A stretch of DNA of 64,000 nucleotides from an uncultured cyanobacterium (GCA_963765575.1 CAVXWZ010000002.1:128001-192000), one strand, 5' to 3'; numbered from the stretch's first letter, positions 10,533 through 24,240 are shown. Notes: generated by a model not told the origin, from the letters alone. Made by a program: numbers and translations.

Positions 10533-11323
10533 GGGGGCCGTCGCCCCGACCGCCGCCGATCGCCATCCGCCTGGCCCTGCAGGAGGGTTGGCGGGGATTT
10601 CGCCGGGGCAGCGGCACCCTGATGCTGTTCACCCTGCTGGTGGGCGGCGTCAATGTGGCCTGCCAGTTGGGCATCCGCTTCAGCGACGAACGCATCGTCA
10701 ATGTCTACGGCCAGACCGACCAGCTGGCCCAGGGGGGCTACGGGCTGGCCTGGCTGGCCTGGCTGCTCAGCAACCTCTGGTTGGTGGTGGGCCTGCTGCG
10801 GGGGGCCGATGCCGTCCTGGCGCGGGAACGGCCGCGCCTGAACGATCTGCTGCGCCTGAATGGCCGGCAGCTGCTGCGGGCCGCCGGCACCCTGGGCCTG
10901 GTGCTGCTGGTGCTGGGCCTGATCGTTCGCCTGGCCCAGGCCAGCGCCTGGCTGCTGGCCCTGGTGCAACCGCTGTTGATGGCTCTGCCCCTGCTGGCGG
11001 GGGTGGCCGCGGTGATCTACGTGGTCACTGATCAGCTCCTCAGCCTGCCCTTGAGCGTGCTGGACGGGCATGGCCCCGTGGAGGCGTTCCGCCGTGGCCG
11101 AACGGCGATTGATCCGCACTGGCTGCAGGCCCTGGGGCTGACGCTGCTGCTGGGATTGGTGGTGCTGGCAGGCTTCCTGCCACTGCTGCTGGGCCTGGTC
11201 GCGACCCTGCCGGTGGCCGCCTGCATCCTGGTGGCCGCCTATCGCCAGCTGTTCCCAGCGCCGCTGACGCGGCGGTCTCAGCCCCAGCCCCAGCCGCTTC
11301 AACCGCAGCGGAAGCGCCCCTGA
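10529..11323 (+). CDS. Hypothetical integral membrane protein
   Basis: About 6 hydrophobic segments; ATGA overlap with the EVE gene. Confidence 0.75.
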   Translation: MRGPSPRPPPIAIRLALQEGWRGFRRGSGTLMLFTLLVGGVNVACQLGIRFSDERIVNVYGQTDQLAQGGYGLAWLAWLLSNLWLVVGLLRGADAVLARERPRLNDLLRLNGRQLLRAAGTLGLVLLVLGLIVRLAQASAWLLALVQPLLMALPLLAGVAAVIYVVTDQLLSLPLSVLDGHGPVEAFRRGRTAIDPHWLQALGLTLLLGLVVLAGFLPLLLGLVATLPVAACILVAAYRQLFPAPLTRRSQPQPQPLQPQRKRP

Positions 11324-11613
11324 GCCGGGAAGAGATTGGCGAGGTAGCAGCGGGTCACGTCCCGGCTCTGCACCCCGTTCTGCACCAGAAAGCCAGCAAC
11401 GGCTGCCTGGAACAGGCGGTACTGGTCCCAGTTGGGGTGCTCCTCGATGAACAGGCGCATGGACATCAGCAGAGCTTCGGGCACCTCGGCCCGCAGGCTC
11501 ACCATCAGGCTTTCGATTCCCTCCTGGTCCGCCCCTTGATGGGACGGTTCGAGGCCATCCCCACCGGCACTGGTGCTGGTGCTGGGACCGCTGATCGTGA
11601 GCTTGGACTCCAT
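11299..11613 (-). CDS. DUF2811-like cyanobacterial protein
   Basis: EVPEALLMSMRLFIEEHPNWDQYRLFQAAVAGFLVQNG motif; ATG 11613. Confidence 0.8.
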   Translation of the reverse strand: MESKLTISGPSTSTSAGGDGLEPSHQGADQEGIESLMVSLRAEVPEALLMSMRLFIEEHPNWDQYRLFQAAVAGFLVQNGVQSRDVTRCYLANLFPAQGRFRCG

Positions 11614-11896
11614 GGCTGACCCCCGTCGTGAGCCCAACCTTCCCCGACGGTCCGGCGGGAGTCAAATGAGGACCAGCGGCGCTGCCGCAGCCGCTCCCAG
11701 GCTGAGATCCCTGTGCTGGCAAGAGATCCGCCCAGCACAGACGCAGCGCCGAGGCAACGCCGGTCGCCCGCAGGGGGCTGTCAAGGGCGAGGGTGACGCC
11801 TCTGCCGTATTCCCCAGCACCGAGGTGGCGAGAGCGGGCGCTGCCGTCCCCCTGCGGAAAACCTGGGGAAAGCGGCCGCCGTTCTGGGGGGATCGG

Positions 11897-11943
11897 CCCC
11901 TGACCGGCGCTGATCAGCACTCCTGATCAGCGCCGGTCAGGGG
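11897..11943. repeat. Perfect 21-bp inverted repeat with 5-nt spacer
   Basis: CCCCTGACCGGCGCTGATCAG-CACTC-CTGATCAGCGCCGGTCAGGGG. Confidence 0.95.
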
Positions 11944-12008
11944 GCCATTCTCAGCGCTGCTGCTGCTGCATGCTGGTCGCCCGCTTCCCCGCTCCCCCGG
12001 CCGCCGCC

Positions 12009-12908
12009 ATGTCAGTTGCCCTGCTGGGAACCGGTCTGCTGGGAGCCGCCATCGCCGAGCGTCTGCTGGAGCAGGGCCAGACCGTGCACGCCTGGAACCG
12101 CCATGCCGAGCGGCTGGCTCCACTCACGGCCCTCGGCGCGATCCCCTGCGCCACCGCAGCGGAGGCGGTGCAGGCCTGCGACTGGGTGATCACCGTGCTC
12201 AGCGATGGGGCCGCAACGCGCGCGGTGCTGGCGGGCGCCGGGCTGCTGGGCCACGGGCATGGCGCCTCAGGCGGGGGTGGGGCGGCGGACCGCGGGCGGC
12301 GGGTGCTGCAGATGGGCACCATTGCCCCACCCGAGAGCCGCGAGCTGGCCGCGGCGGTTGCGGCGGCGGATGGCGCCTATCTAGAGGTGCCTGTGCTGGG
12401 CAGCCGCCCAGAAGCCCTGGCCGGCACACTGCAGTTGATGGTCGCAGGTGCTGAAAGCCTGTTTGAGCAGGCCCTGCCCTTGCTGCGCCTGCTGGGCCCT
12501 GAGCCGCGGTTGCTGGGACCGGTGGGGTCAGCCCTGGAGACCAAACTGGCCCTCAACCAGCTGATCAGCAGCCTCACCCATGCCTTCAGCCTGTCGCTGC
12601 ATCTGGTCCAGGCCAGCGGCGTGGCGGTGGAGCAGTTCATGGAGCTGCTGCGGGGCAGTGCCCTCTACGCCCCCACCTTCGACAAGAAGCTGCCACGCCT
12701 GCTGGCGGACGACTACAGCGAGCCCAACTTCCCCACCGCCCACCTGCGCAAGGACCTGCTGCTGTTTCTGGCGGCGGCCCGGGAGCGGGGCCTGGACACC
12801 ACGGGCCTGCAGGGGCTGGCCGAGCTGCTGGCCCGGGCCGAGGGCAGCGCCCTCGATGGTCTCGACTACAGCGCCCTGCACCGGCTCACGGCCTCGGCAG
12901 GCAGCTGA
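12009..12908 (+). CDS. NAD(P)-dependent oxidoreductase, beta-hydroxyacid dehydrogenase family
   Basis: LLGTGLLG Rossmann motif, AWNR, EVPVLGS, catalytic KLALN. Confidence 0.88.
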   Translation: MSVALLGTGLLGAAIAERLLEQGQTVHAWNRHAERLAPLTALGAIPCATAAEAVQACDWVITVLSDGAATRAVLAGAGLLGHGHGASGGGGAADRGRRVLQMGTIAPPESRELAAAVAAADGAYLEVPVLGSRPEALAGTLQLMVAGAESLFEQALPLLRLLGPEPRLLGPVGSALETKLALNQLISSLTHAFSLSLHLVQASGVAVEQFMELLRGSALYAPTFDKKLPRLLADDYSEPNFPTAHLRKDLLLFLAAARERGLDTTGLQGLAELLARAEGSALDGLDYSALHRLTASAGS

Positions 12909-13272
12909 GCTCCCGGGCCTGGCGCAGGGCCGCCACCATCGCGCCAGCGGCGGCCTCGCTCCAGCCCCCCTCCACCCCCCGTTCGCTCAGGCCGGGGGCG
13001 AGCACAAAGCGCAGGCGCCACGCCTGGGGATGCCCCTCCAGCTCCAGCCACAGGGGGCCGCTCTCGAGCTCCAGCGTCAGCTGTTCCTGCGGCATCAGGC
13101 GCTCGGCCATCACCGCCAGTTCATCCACCAGCCGGCAGCATCCGTCCCAGAGGGCCCGGGCCTCCTCGGCCCTGAGCTCAACGGCCCAGCCCTCGCCGCC
13201 GATCAGCACCGGATAGGGGCTGCGGTCGGGTTCGACGGCCAGCCGCCAGCCGGGGCCTTCCTGAACCTGCAA
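12886..13272 (-). CDS. DUF1818-like protein
   Basis: EGPGWRL...LIGGEGWAVEL...RGVEGGW; follows rpoZ. Confidence 0.75.
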   Translation of the reverse strand: MQVQEGPGWRLAVEPDRSPYPVLIGGEGWAVELRAEEARALWDGCCRLVDELAVMAERLMPQEQLTLELESGPLWLELEGHPQAWRLRFVLAPGLSERGVEGGWSEAAAGAMVAALRQARELSCLPRP

Positions 13273-13274
13273 GC

Positions 13275-13505
13275 TCAGCCGGGCAGCAGGGCAGGCTGAT
13301 CCTGCTCATCGCTGAGTTCGATGATCGCCCGCTGCACGGGCTTGATCATCGAGTCGTCCAGCAGGCCATCGAAATCGTCGAAGCGGCGCTGCTTGGCACG
13401 GAAGGCGATGCGCACGGTGGTGAGGTAGCGGTTGCTGGAATGGCGAATCAGGCTCTCGGCCCGCTGGGCCAGGTCCTTGGAGTTCACCTCGAGTCCGGTT
13501 TGCAT
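13275..13505 (-). CDS. rpoZ: RNA polymerase omega subunit
   Basis: [18 protein letters not shown]...[13 protein letters not shown]. Confidence 0.93.
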   Translation of the reverse strand: MQTGLEVNSKDLAQRAESLIRHSSNRYLTTVRIAFRAKQRRFDDFDGLLDDSMIKPVQRAIIELSDEQDQPALLPG

Positions 13506-13556
13506 CCGTCGGCAGCCACAACCCCCAACCTAGGGGAAGGCCGCTAGAAGACCCCC

Positions 13557-15098
13557 ATGCAGGGAACCGTGGCCATTGACCTGGGCAGCAGCACCACCGT
13601 GGTGGCGCACCAGGCCCCCGGCGCCGGCGCCGAGCTGCTGGCCCTGCCCCCCTACAGCCTGGCCACACCGGTGGTGGTGCCCTCGTTGCTGTGGCTCAGC
13701 CACGGCGAGCAGTCCCGCCCGCTGATCGGCAGGCAGGTGCTGGAGGCTGGCCTGGCCCACGGCGACGACCCGCGCCTGCAGCGCGACTTCAAACGGCGCA
13801 TCGGGGCGCCCCCAGGCGAGACCGGCAGCGCCGCGGCCGAGCGGGCCGGCAGCCTGCTGCTGCGCCGGCTGTGGCATGCCCTGCCGGACGGCCTGGAACC
13901 GAGGCGGCTGGTGCTCACCGCTCCAATCGAGGCCTACCGCGGCTACCGCCAGTGGCTGCTCAGGGTGTGCAGCGATCTGGAGGTGGAGGAGCTGGCCCTG
14001 GTGGACGAACCCACCGCAGCGGCGATCGGGGCTGGTTTGCCGGCCGGGAGCACGGTGCTGGTGGTGGACCTGGGCGGGGGCACCATCGATCTGTCGCTGG
14101 TGCAGCTCGAGGGGGGCGAGGGCCGGGCGGCGCCGATCGCCCAGTTGCTGCGCTTCGCCGGTCGCGACCTCGACGACAGCCGCCAACGGCTGCGCTGCGC
14201 CCGGGTGATCGGCAAGGCCGGCGTGGGCCTGGGGGGGCGGGACATCGACCGCTGGATCGCCCATCGGCTCTGCCCCGACCAGCCCCCCAGCGGCACCCTG
14301 CTGGAGGCCTGCGAACGGCTCAAGTGCCAGCTCAGCGAGCAGGACGAAGCCCTGACGCTGTGGACACCGCCCCAGGCCCCCGCGCGCGAACTGCGGCTGA
14401 ATCGGGAGCAGCTGGCGGCGCTGCTCGAGGGGCACGGCCTGCTGGGGCAGCTCGACGCCATGCTCGACGAGGTGCTGGCAGCGGGCCGCAGGGCCGGCCT
14501 TGACCTCAGACGGGTCACGGCGGTGTTGCCCGTGGGCGGCTCCAGCCAGCTGGCGGCGATCCGCGACTGGCTCCGCCAGCGCTGCGGGGCAGTACCAATC
14601 CGCGACCAGCGGCCGGTGGAGGCCGTGGCGATCGGCGCCCTGGCCCTCACCCCCGGCGTGCAGGTGAAAGATGTGCTGGCCCGGGGGGTGGCGCTGCGCT
14701 GCTGGGAGCGACGCAGCGGCCGGCACCACTGGCACCCGCTGTTCGTGGCTGGCCAGAGCTGGCCCACTGACCGGCCCCTGGAACTGGTGCTGGCCTGCAG
14801 CCAAGACGGGCAGGAGGCCCTGGAGCTGGTGCTGGGGGAGCCCCTCGACGACCAACGCCGGGAGGTGGTGTTCGAAGCGGGCTTGCCGGTGCTGCGCCCC
14901 CGCCAGGCCGGCGCTGCCGACGTGATCCCCTGGGCCCAGGAGCCCTCGTCCCTTGCCCTCAACCCTGCCGGGGAGCAGGGCCAGGACCGCCTGCGGCTGG
15001 CCTTCACGATCGACGCCGACAGCCAGCTGCTGGTGGAGACCACCGATCTGCTCAGCGGCGAGCGGTGCGCACCGGTCCGCCTGGGGGCCGTGCGCTGA
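13557..15098 (+). CDS. Hsp70-family (DnaK-like) protein
   Basis: AIDLGSSTT, EPTAAA, VDLGGGTID, LGGRDID, VGGSS actin-fold motifs. Confidence 0.88.
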   Translation: MQGTVAIDLGSSTTVVAHQAPGAGAELLALPPYSLATPVVVPSLLWLSHGEQSRPLIGRQVLEAGLAHGDDPRLQRDFKRRIGAPPGETGSAAAERAGSLLLRRLWHALPDGLEPRRLVLTAPIEAYRGYRQWLLRVCSDLEVEELALVDEPTAAAIGAGLPAGSTVLVVDLGGGTIDLSLVQLEGGEGRAAPIAQLLRFAGRDLDDSRQRLRCARVIGKAGVGLGGRDIDRWIAHRLCPDQPPSGTLLEACERLKCQLSEQDEALTLWTPPQAPARELRLNREQLAALLEGHGLLGQLDAMLDEVLAAGRRAGLDLRRVTAVLPVGGSSQLAAIRDWLRQRCGAVPIRDQRPVEAVAIGALALTPGVQVKDVLARGVALRCWERRSGRHHWHPLFVAGQSWPTDRPLELVLACSQDGQEALELVLGEPLDDQRREVVFEAGLPVLRPRQAGAADVIPWAQEPSSLALNPAGEQGQDRLRLAFTIDADSQLLVETTDLLSGERCAPVRLGAVR

Positions 15099-15203
15099 AC
15101 GGCAGGCCAGGGCGACCCCGGCGGTGGACGCCGCCAGCGCCGCACCCACCGCCGTGCATGGGGCCTGCCCTACCGTCAAGATGGGAGATCGCGCGCTTTC
15201 GCC

Positions 15204-16031
15204 TTGGCCCTGCGCCAGCACAGGCTGCCTCGACTCTGGCTGGGTCTCACCCTCGGACTGGTGGCCGTCGCCATCGGCGGTGCTTACTGGTGGGAACGTC
15301 AGCTGCCCGCCCGGCTGGACGCCGCCGCCGCCAGGGGCGACCTCGATGCCTGCCTGCGCTACGGCGAGCAGTTGCAGGCCCTGCGCTGGCTGGGAGACGG
15401 GGCCCCGGGCGCCCAGGGGGAATGCCGACGCCGCAAGGCTGCCCAGCTCTGGGAGCAACAGCAGTGGTCCCCAGCCCTGCAACTGCAGCTGCAGCTTGTG
15501 AATTCGACGGTGGGTGAGCCTGAGGATCGCCGCCAGCTCGACGCCTGGCAGGAGGAGCTCAAGCAGCAGGCCCTCGCGCTGTTCCAGTCCGGCGATCTGG
15601 AGGGCAGCCTGGCTCGTCTGGAGCCCATGGGTGAGCACCGGCGCCCGGATCGCTCCGCCCTGGGCGATCAACTGCGCCAGATCTGGGAACGCAACAGTCA
15701 GAGCCTGGAGCGGGCCCGGCGCCTGGTGGATGAACAGCGCTGGTGGGAAGCCCTTGACGCGCTCAACCGTCTGGACCATCCCTGGTGGCAGGAGCAGGGA
15801 CAACCGGTGCGCGCCCAGGTTCAGGCCAGTCTCAACCGACTGAGCGAGCAGGAGCGCCAGCGCGACAGCCATGGCGCCCTGACCCATGGCGTGCCCATCG
15901 AGCGTCTCGACGCCGAAGTCGGCCGGCTGATCGCCCAGGGGATGGATGACTGGGAGGCGTTCAACCAGGCCTGCCAGTCCCTGGGGGGCAGGGTGGTGCA
16001 GATGGGGCCCGAATCGGCCTGCCAGCGCTGA
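15204..16031 (+). CDS. Hypothetical membrane-anchored helical protein
   Basis: N-terminal TM helix followed by Q/E/L-rich helical region. Confidence 0.7.
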   Translation: MALRQHRLPRLWLGLTLGLVAVAIGGAYWWERQLPARLDAAAARGDLDACLRYGEQLQALRWLGDGAPGAQGECRRRKAAQLWEQQQWSPALQLQLQLVNSTVGEPEDRRQLDAWQEELKQQALALFQSGDLEGSLARLEPMGEHRRPDRSALGDQLRQIWERNSQSLERARRLVDEQRWWEALDALNRLDHPWWQEQGQPVRAQVQASLNRLSEQERQRDSHGALTHGVPIERLDAEVGRLIAQGMDDWEAFNQACQSLGGRVVQMGPESACQR

Positions 16032-16072
16032 CGGCCTGCGTGACAGGATTGCCTGGGAATCCAGGCGGTGCC

Positions 16073-16291
16073 ATGCAGCAAGGAGATCAGGTCAAGGTCT
16101 GCCTCAGCGTGGTGGTGTATCACCACCCCAAGCACCGCGGAGAGGCCTTCGACCTGCAGGGGCAGCAGGGTGAGGTGCTGTCTGTGCTGAACGACTGGAA
16201 AGGCCGGGTGATCAGCCCCAACCTGCCGGTGGTGGTGGCCTTCGGGAAATTCCGGGCCCACTTCCGCCCCGACGAACTGGAGCTGGCCTGA
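16073..16291 (+). CDS. ftrV: Ferredoxin-thioredoxin reductase variable chain
   Basis: VVVYHHPKHRGEAFDLQG...WKGRVISPNLP...AHFRPDEL. Confidence 0.9.
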   Translation: MQQGDQVKVCLSVVVYHHPKHRGEAFDLQGQQGEVLSVLNDWKGRVISPNLPVVVAFGKFRAHFRPDELELA

Positions 16292-16325
16292 AGCCAAGGG
16301 CTGTCACGGCTTCAGCGGGAACCCC

Positions 16326-16856
16326 TCAGGGCCGCAGCAGGTAGACGCCCTCTTCGCCGTCAATTCCCATCAGGCAGAGCTGAATGGTCTCCTGGCGGCC
16401 GGTGGGCACGGTCCGGCCGCAGAAATCGGGCTGGATGGGCAGTTCCCGATGCCCCCGGTCCACCATCACCAGCAAGCTCACGCGCCGCGGCCGTCCCCAG
16501 GCCTGCAGGGCATCGAGGGCGGCCCGCACGGTGCGACCGGTGAAGATCACATCGTCCACCAGCACCACATGGCGGCCGTCGAGATCCGCCGGCAGGTCGG
16601 TGGCCTGCACCAGGCGGGTACCGATGCGATCGAGATCATCGCGGTGGAAGGTGGGATCGAGGCTGCCCCGCTCCACCGGATGGCCACAGAGTTCGGCCAG
16701 GCGCACGCCCAGCACCTCCGCCAGGGCCACACCGCGGGTGGGAATGCCGAGCAACACCAGGCCGCGGCTGTCACCGGTGGCCTCGAGCACCTGGGTGGCC
16801 AAGCGATCCAGGGTGCGGGCCAGGTCGGTCGCCGACAGGATCTCCAGGCGCTCCAT
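16326..16856 (-). CDS. pyrR: Pyrimidine regulatory protein / uracil phosphoribosyltransferase
   Basis: GIPTRG, FHRDDL, VLVDDVIFTGRTVRAA, DRGHRELPI. Confidence 0.95.
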   Translation of the reverse strand: MERLEILSATDLARTLDRLATQVLEATGDSRGLVLLGIPTRGVALAEVLGVRLAELCGHPVERGSLDPTFHRDDLDRIGTRLVQATDLPADLDGRHVVLVDDVIFTGRTVRAALDALQAWGRPRRVSLLVMVDRGHRELPIQPDFCGRTVPTGRQETIQLCLMGIDGEEGVYLLRP

Positions 16857-17093
16857 TGGGCCGCCGCAGTTGGAACGATCCTAGGAAGCCATGGATGTGA
16901 CCAAAACCTGACGGAACTGGGAACTGGGCTGGAGTCCAAACAATCTCGCTGTAGGTTGGCTTATGCCAGGTGGTGACATCGTACGCGTACGCTCTGATGA
17001 GTGCACTCGTGATGACTACCGGCCGTCAATGTGTCCCTGCCATCAAGATGTGAGTCGGGTGGCAACAGTTCGGTGAATTCAGGTCCGTCCCAG

Positions 17094-18831
17094 ATGTCAG
17101 CGTCCTCCCCAGCCTCCTCTTCCAGGCCCGGCCAGGGAGGCCCTTCCCCCAGCCCCTCTGACACGCTGGGTGACCAGAACGCCTCCCGCGAGACAGCCCC
17201 TCGCGACAGCGATCGCAGCACCAAGCCCGCGGCGTCGAAAGGTCCGATCGCACCGGTGGTGCTCACCATCCTCGACGGCTGGGGATACCGACCTGTCGAC
17301 GACCACAACGCCATCCGGGCCGCCGACACCCCGGTGATGGATGCGCTCTGGCATGCCTATCCCCACACCCTGATCGAAGCCAGCGGTGCCGCGGTGGGGC
17401 TGCCCGAAAACCAGATGGGCAATTCCGAGGTGGGACACCTCACCATCGGTACGGGGCGCATCATCCGCCAGGAGTTGGTGCGCATCAGCCAGGCGCTACG
17501 CAACGGCTCGTTGGCGGCCAATCCAGTCCTCAACGGCCTGGCCGATCGGCTGCTCGTGAGCGGCGGCACCCTGCATCTGATCGGGCTCTGCTCCGATGGG
17601 GGGGTGCACAGCCATGTCGAACACCTGGGCGGGCTGCTGCGCTGGGCTGCCAGCCGGGGGCTGGCGGATGTCTGCGTGCATGTCATCACCGACGGTCGGG
17701 ACACGGCGCCGAACAGCTCACCCCAGTTCATCGCCCAGGTGGAGCGCGCGATCGCCGACGCAGGCGTCGGCCGCATCGCCACCCTCTGCGGCCGCTACTG
17801 GGCCATGGACCGCGACAGCCGCTGGGAGCGCACCGAAAAGGCCTACCGCCTGCTCACGGAGACCGGCCCCCTGTCCACCCTCAGCCCGGCCGAGATCATC
17901 GAGGCCTCCTATGCGGCGGAGGTGGGCGATGAATTTCTCGAGCCAGTGCGACTGGACGAGGGGATGGTCAAAGCCGGGGACGGGCTGGTGTGCTTCAACT
18001 TCCGTCCCGACCGGGTGCGGCAACTGATCCGCGCCCTGGTGCTGCCGGAGTTCAGCGGCTTTGCCCGCACCCCGATCCCCGACCTCGACGTGGTCACCTT
18101 CACCCAGTACGAGAAGGGCCTGCCGGTGGCTGTCGCCTTCCCGCCCCAGTCCCTTGATGGACTGCTGGGACAGGTGGTCTCCGAGGCCGGCCTGCGCCAG
18201 TTCCGCACCGCCGAAACCGAGAAATACCCCCACGTCACGTACTTCATGAACGGAGGCATCGAGCAGGCCTTCCCCGGCGAGGATCGCCATCTGGTGCCGT
18301 CACCGCGGGTGGCCACCTACGACCAGGCACCGGAGATGTCGGCCAAGCAACTCACCGACAGCTGCATCGCCGCCATCGAGAAGGGCATCTATTCCTTGGT
18401 GGTGATCAACTACGCCAATCCGGACATGGTGGGACACACCGGCAAGATGCAGGCTGCCACCGCCGCCATCGCTACCGTTGACGGCTGCGTCGGGACGGCT
18501 GCTGGCGGCCACGGGCCGGATGGGAGGCACCATGCTGATCACCGCCGACCACGGCAACGCCGAGCTGATGGAAGGTCCCGACGGCCGGCCCTGGACCGCC
18601 CACACCACCAACCCGGTGCCCGTGATCCTGGTGGAAGGTGAGGGTCGCAAGCTGCCCGGCCACGGCAATGACATTCAGCTGCGCGAGCCTGGCGGTCTGG
18701 CCGACATCGCACCCACCCTGCTGGAGATTCTGGCGCTGCCCAAGCCCAACACCATGAGCGGCGTCTCCCTCGTGCTGCCGGCGGCGGTGGGCGCCGTTGC
18801 CGACCGAGTGCCAGAGGCTTTGGGCGTCTAG
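17094..18831 (+). pseudogene. gpmI: 2,3-bisphosphoglycerate-independent phosphoglycerate mutase, split by one extra base at 18492-18495 (probably a sequencing error)
   Basis: [14 protein letters not shown] and NPDMVGHTG lie in ORF 17031-18641; TADHGNAE and HTTNPVP lie in another frame (18478-18831). Confidence 0.9.
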
Positions 18832-18858
18832 GCTGAAGCCGGTGTACACAACCCGCCG

Positions 18859-19089
18859 ATGCTCACCACCGTGCTCTCCTGGATGTGGGTGATGTCAGCG
18901 GTGCTGCTGATCATCACCGTGCTCCTGCACAGCCCCAAGGGTGATGGCATGGGTGGTCTGGCCTCCAGCGGCGGTTCAATGTTCACCAGTGCCCGCAGCG
19001 CTGAACAGACGCTGAACCGCATCACCTGGACCCTGCTGCTGGTGTTCATGGCCCTGGCCGTGGTGCTGAGCGCCGGCTGGCTGGGATGA
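18859..19089 (+). CDS. secG: Preprotein translocase subunit SecG
   Basis: VLLHSPKGDGMGG...SAEQTLNRITW; two TM helices. Confidence 0.93.
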   Translation: MLTTVLSWMWVMSAVLLIITVLLHSPKGDGMGGLASSGGSMFTSARSAEQTLNRITWTLLLVFMALAVVLSAGWLG

Positions 19090-19099
19090 GACCGTGCAG

Positions 19100-19597
19100 A
19101 TGAGCCGCCGCACTTTGCTCGCCGTCCTTGGCCTCACCGGCCTCGGTTCAGGACTTGCTGCTCTGCTCAGCCGGTCACGGCCTGCCGATGCCGCCGGGGC
19201 CGCGCTTGATCCGGCCTGGCGGCTCAGCGACAGCCAGTGGCGCGAGCGCCTCAGCCCCGAGGCCTACGCGGTGCTGCGCCGGGACGGTACCGAGGCGCCC
19301 TTCTCCAGCCCGCTCAACGCCGAGAAGCGACCGGGCACCTACCTCTGCGCCGGCTGCGATCTGCCCCTGTTCAGTTCCACGGCCAAATACGACAGCGGCA
19401 CCGGCTGGCCCAGTTTCTTTGCCGCACTGCCCGACGCGATCAACACCCAACGCGACTTCAAGCTGGTCATACCGCGCACCGAATACCACTGCCGGCGCTG
19501 CGGTGGCCACCAGGGCCACGTCTTCAACGACGGTCCGCGCCCGAGCGGCAAGCGCTACTGCAACAACGGTGTTGCGCTGAGCTTCCAACCCGACTGA
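19100..19597 (+). CDS. msrB: Peptide-methionine (R)-S-oxide reductase with Tat-like signal peptide
   Basis: SRRTLL twin-arginine signal; KYDSGTGWPSF, GHVFNDGP, RYCNNG; two CxxC. Confidence 0.93.
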   Translation: MSRRTLLAVLGLTGLGSGLAALLSRSRPADAAGAALDPAWRLSDSQWRERLSPEAYAVLRRDGTEAPFSSPLNAEKRPGTYLCAGCDLPLFSSTAKYDSGTGWPSFFAALPDAINTQRDFKLVIPRTEYHCRRCGGHQGHVFNDGPRPSGKRYCNNGVALSFQPD

Positions 19598-19632
19598 GGG
19601 CCGCAGCCAGGCTCACGCAGCAGGCGGCCATG

Positions 19633-19656
19633 AAAAAGGAGGGCACTGGGCCCTCC
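19633..19656 (-). terminator. Rho-independent terminator after groEL
   Basis: Minus strand GGAGGGC-CCAGT-GCCCTCC-TTTTT. Confidence 0.8.
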
Positions 19657-19706
19657 GTGGTCGCGAACGCCGGGGCAGAAGCCCCGGCTTGTGAGCCCAA
19701 CTGGGA

Positions 19707-21401
<1,695 letters not shown>

Positions 21402-21482
21402 TCAGTGAGACAGTCCTGGAACCAGGGGCTGTCGCAGCCTTGAGGGCTGCACAGCACTGAAAACTCAGTACTGAGCGGCAGT

Positions 21483-21794
21483 TCAGCTGACGACGGCGAG
21501 GATGTCCTTCTCGGACAGCAGCACGTACTCGTCGGTACCGAGCTTGATGTCAGTGCCGGCGTACTTGCTGTACAGAACCTTGTCGCCAATACCCACTTCG
21601 GGGGACTGGCGGGAACCGTCATCGTTGCGCTTGCCGGGGCCGACCTGCACCACTTCGCCCACTTGGGGCTTCTCCTGGGCCGTGTCGGGCAGCAGGATGC
21701 CGCCGGCGGTGCGCTCGTCAGAGGCAGAGACTTTGATGAAAATGCGATCTCCAAGGGGCTTAACAGTGGAGACGCTGAGGGAAACAGCAGCCAT
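21483..21794 (-). CDS. groS: Co-chaperonin GroES
   Basis: ATG 21794 [17 protein letters not shown]...[13 protein letters not shown]...YSKYAGT. Confidence 0.97.
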   Translation of the reverse strand: MAAVSLSVSTVKPLGDRIFIKVSASDERTAGGILLPDTAQEKPQVGEVVQVGPGKRNDDGSRQSPEVGIGDKVLYSKYAGTDIKLGTDEYVLLSEKDILAVVS

Positions 21795-21846
21795 GGATGA
21801 ATGCGACAGCAACGACATGGCGTCACAGACGCCATTGCAATGGTGA

Positions 21847-23676
<1,830 letters not shown>

Positions 23677-23708
23677 GTCCCTTCCCGTTGTCCTGAGGAG
23701 CACAAGTC

Positions 23709-24116
23709 ATGACTCTCACCCTGCGCGTACTGGCCCCTGACCAGAGTGTTTTCGATGGCAGCGCCGATGAGGTGATTCTGCCTAGCACCACGGGCCAGAT
23801 GGGCATCCTTCCTGGCCACATCACCTTGCTCACGGCGCTCCAAACTGGTGTGATGCGCCTGCGCGAGGGCGGTCAATGGACAACCATTGCCCTGCTTGGC
23901 GGCTTTGCCGAGGTGGAAGCTGACGACGTCACCGTCCTGGTGAACGGCGCTGCCTTGGGCAGCAGCATTGACCCCGCTGATGCCGAAGCTGTCTTTGAGA
24001 AGGCCCAACAGGCCGCCCAGAGCTACGAAGGACAGCCCAACAGCACCGAAAAGATCAAGGCCAGTCAGGATTTCGACCGTGCCAAGGCCTGGCTCCAGGC
24101 CAGCACGGCTGACTGA
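23709..24116 (+). CDS. atpC: ATP synthase F1 epsilon subunit
   Basis: LPSTTGQMGILPGH, GGFAEV; follows the beta subunit. Confidence 0.95.
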   Translation: MTLTLRVLAPDQSVFDGSADEVILPSTTGQMGILPGHITLLTALQTGVMRLREGGQWTTIALLGGFAEVEADDVTVLVNGAALGSSIDPADAEAVFEKAQQAAQSYEGQPNSTEKIKASQDFDRAKAWLQASTAD

Positions 24117-24219
24117 TCAATGGGCCGCGATCGCAGAGCACAGCAACCCAGTTCCATGGCCCATTTCCGCCTGCAGGAGCCGAAAAGCCTCGCGGCCATT
24201 GAAGGCAGTCGTAGCCAGT

Positions 24220-24240
24220 AAAAAAGCCCCTGATCGGGGC
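24220..24240 (-). terminator. Rho-independent terminator downstream of the PSRP-3 gene
   Basis: Minus strand GCCCC-GATCA-GGGGC-TTTTTT. Confidence 0.65.

Noticed and set aside
13557..15098. Hsp70-like gene as part of a novel system
   Set aside because: Sits in the familiar picocyanobacterial rpoZ / ftrV / pyrR neighbourhood with no unusual partners
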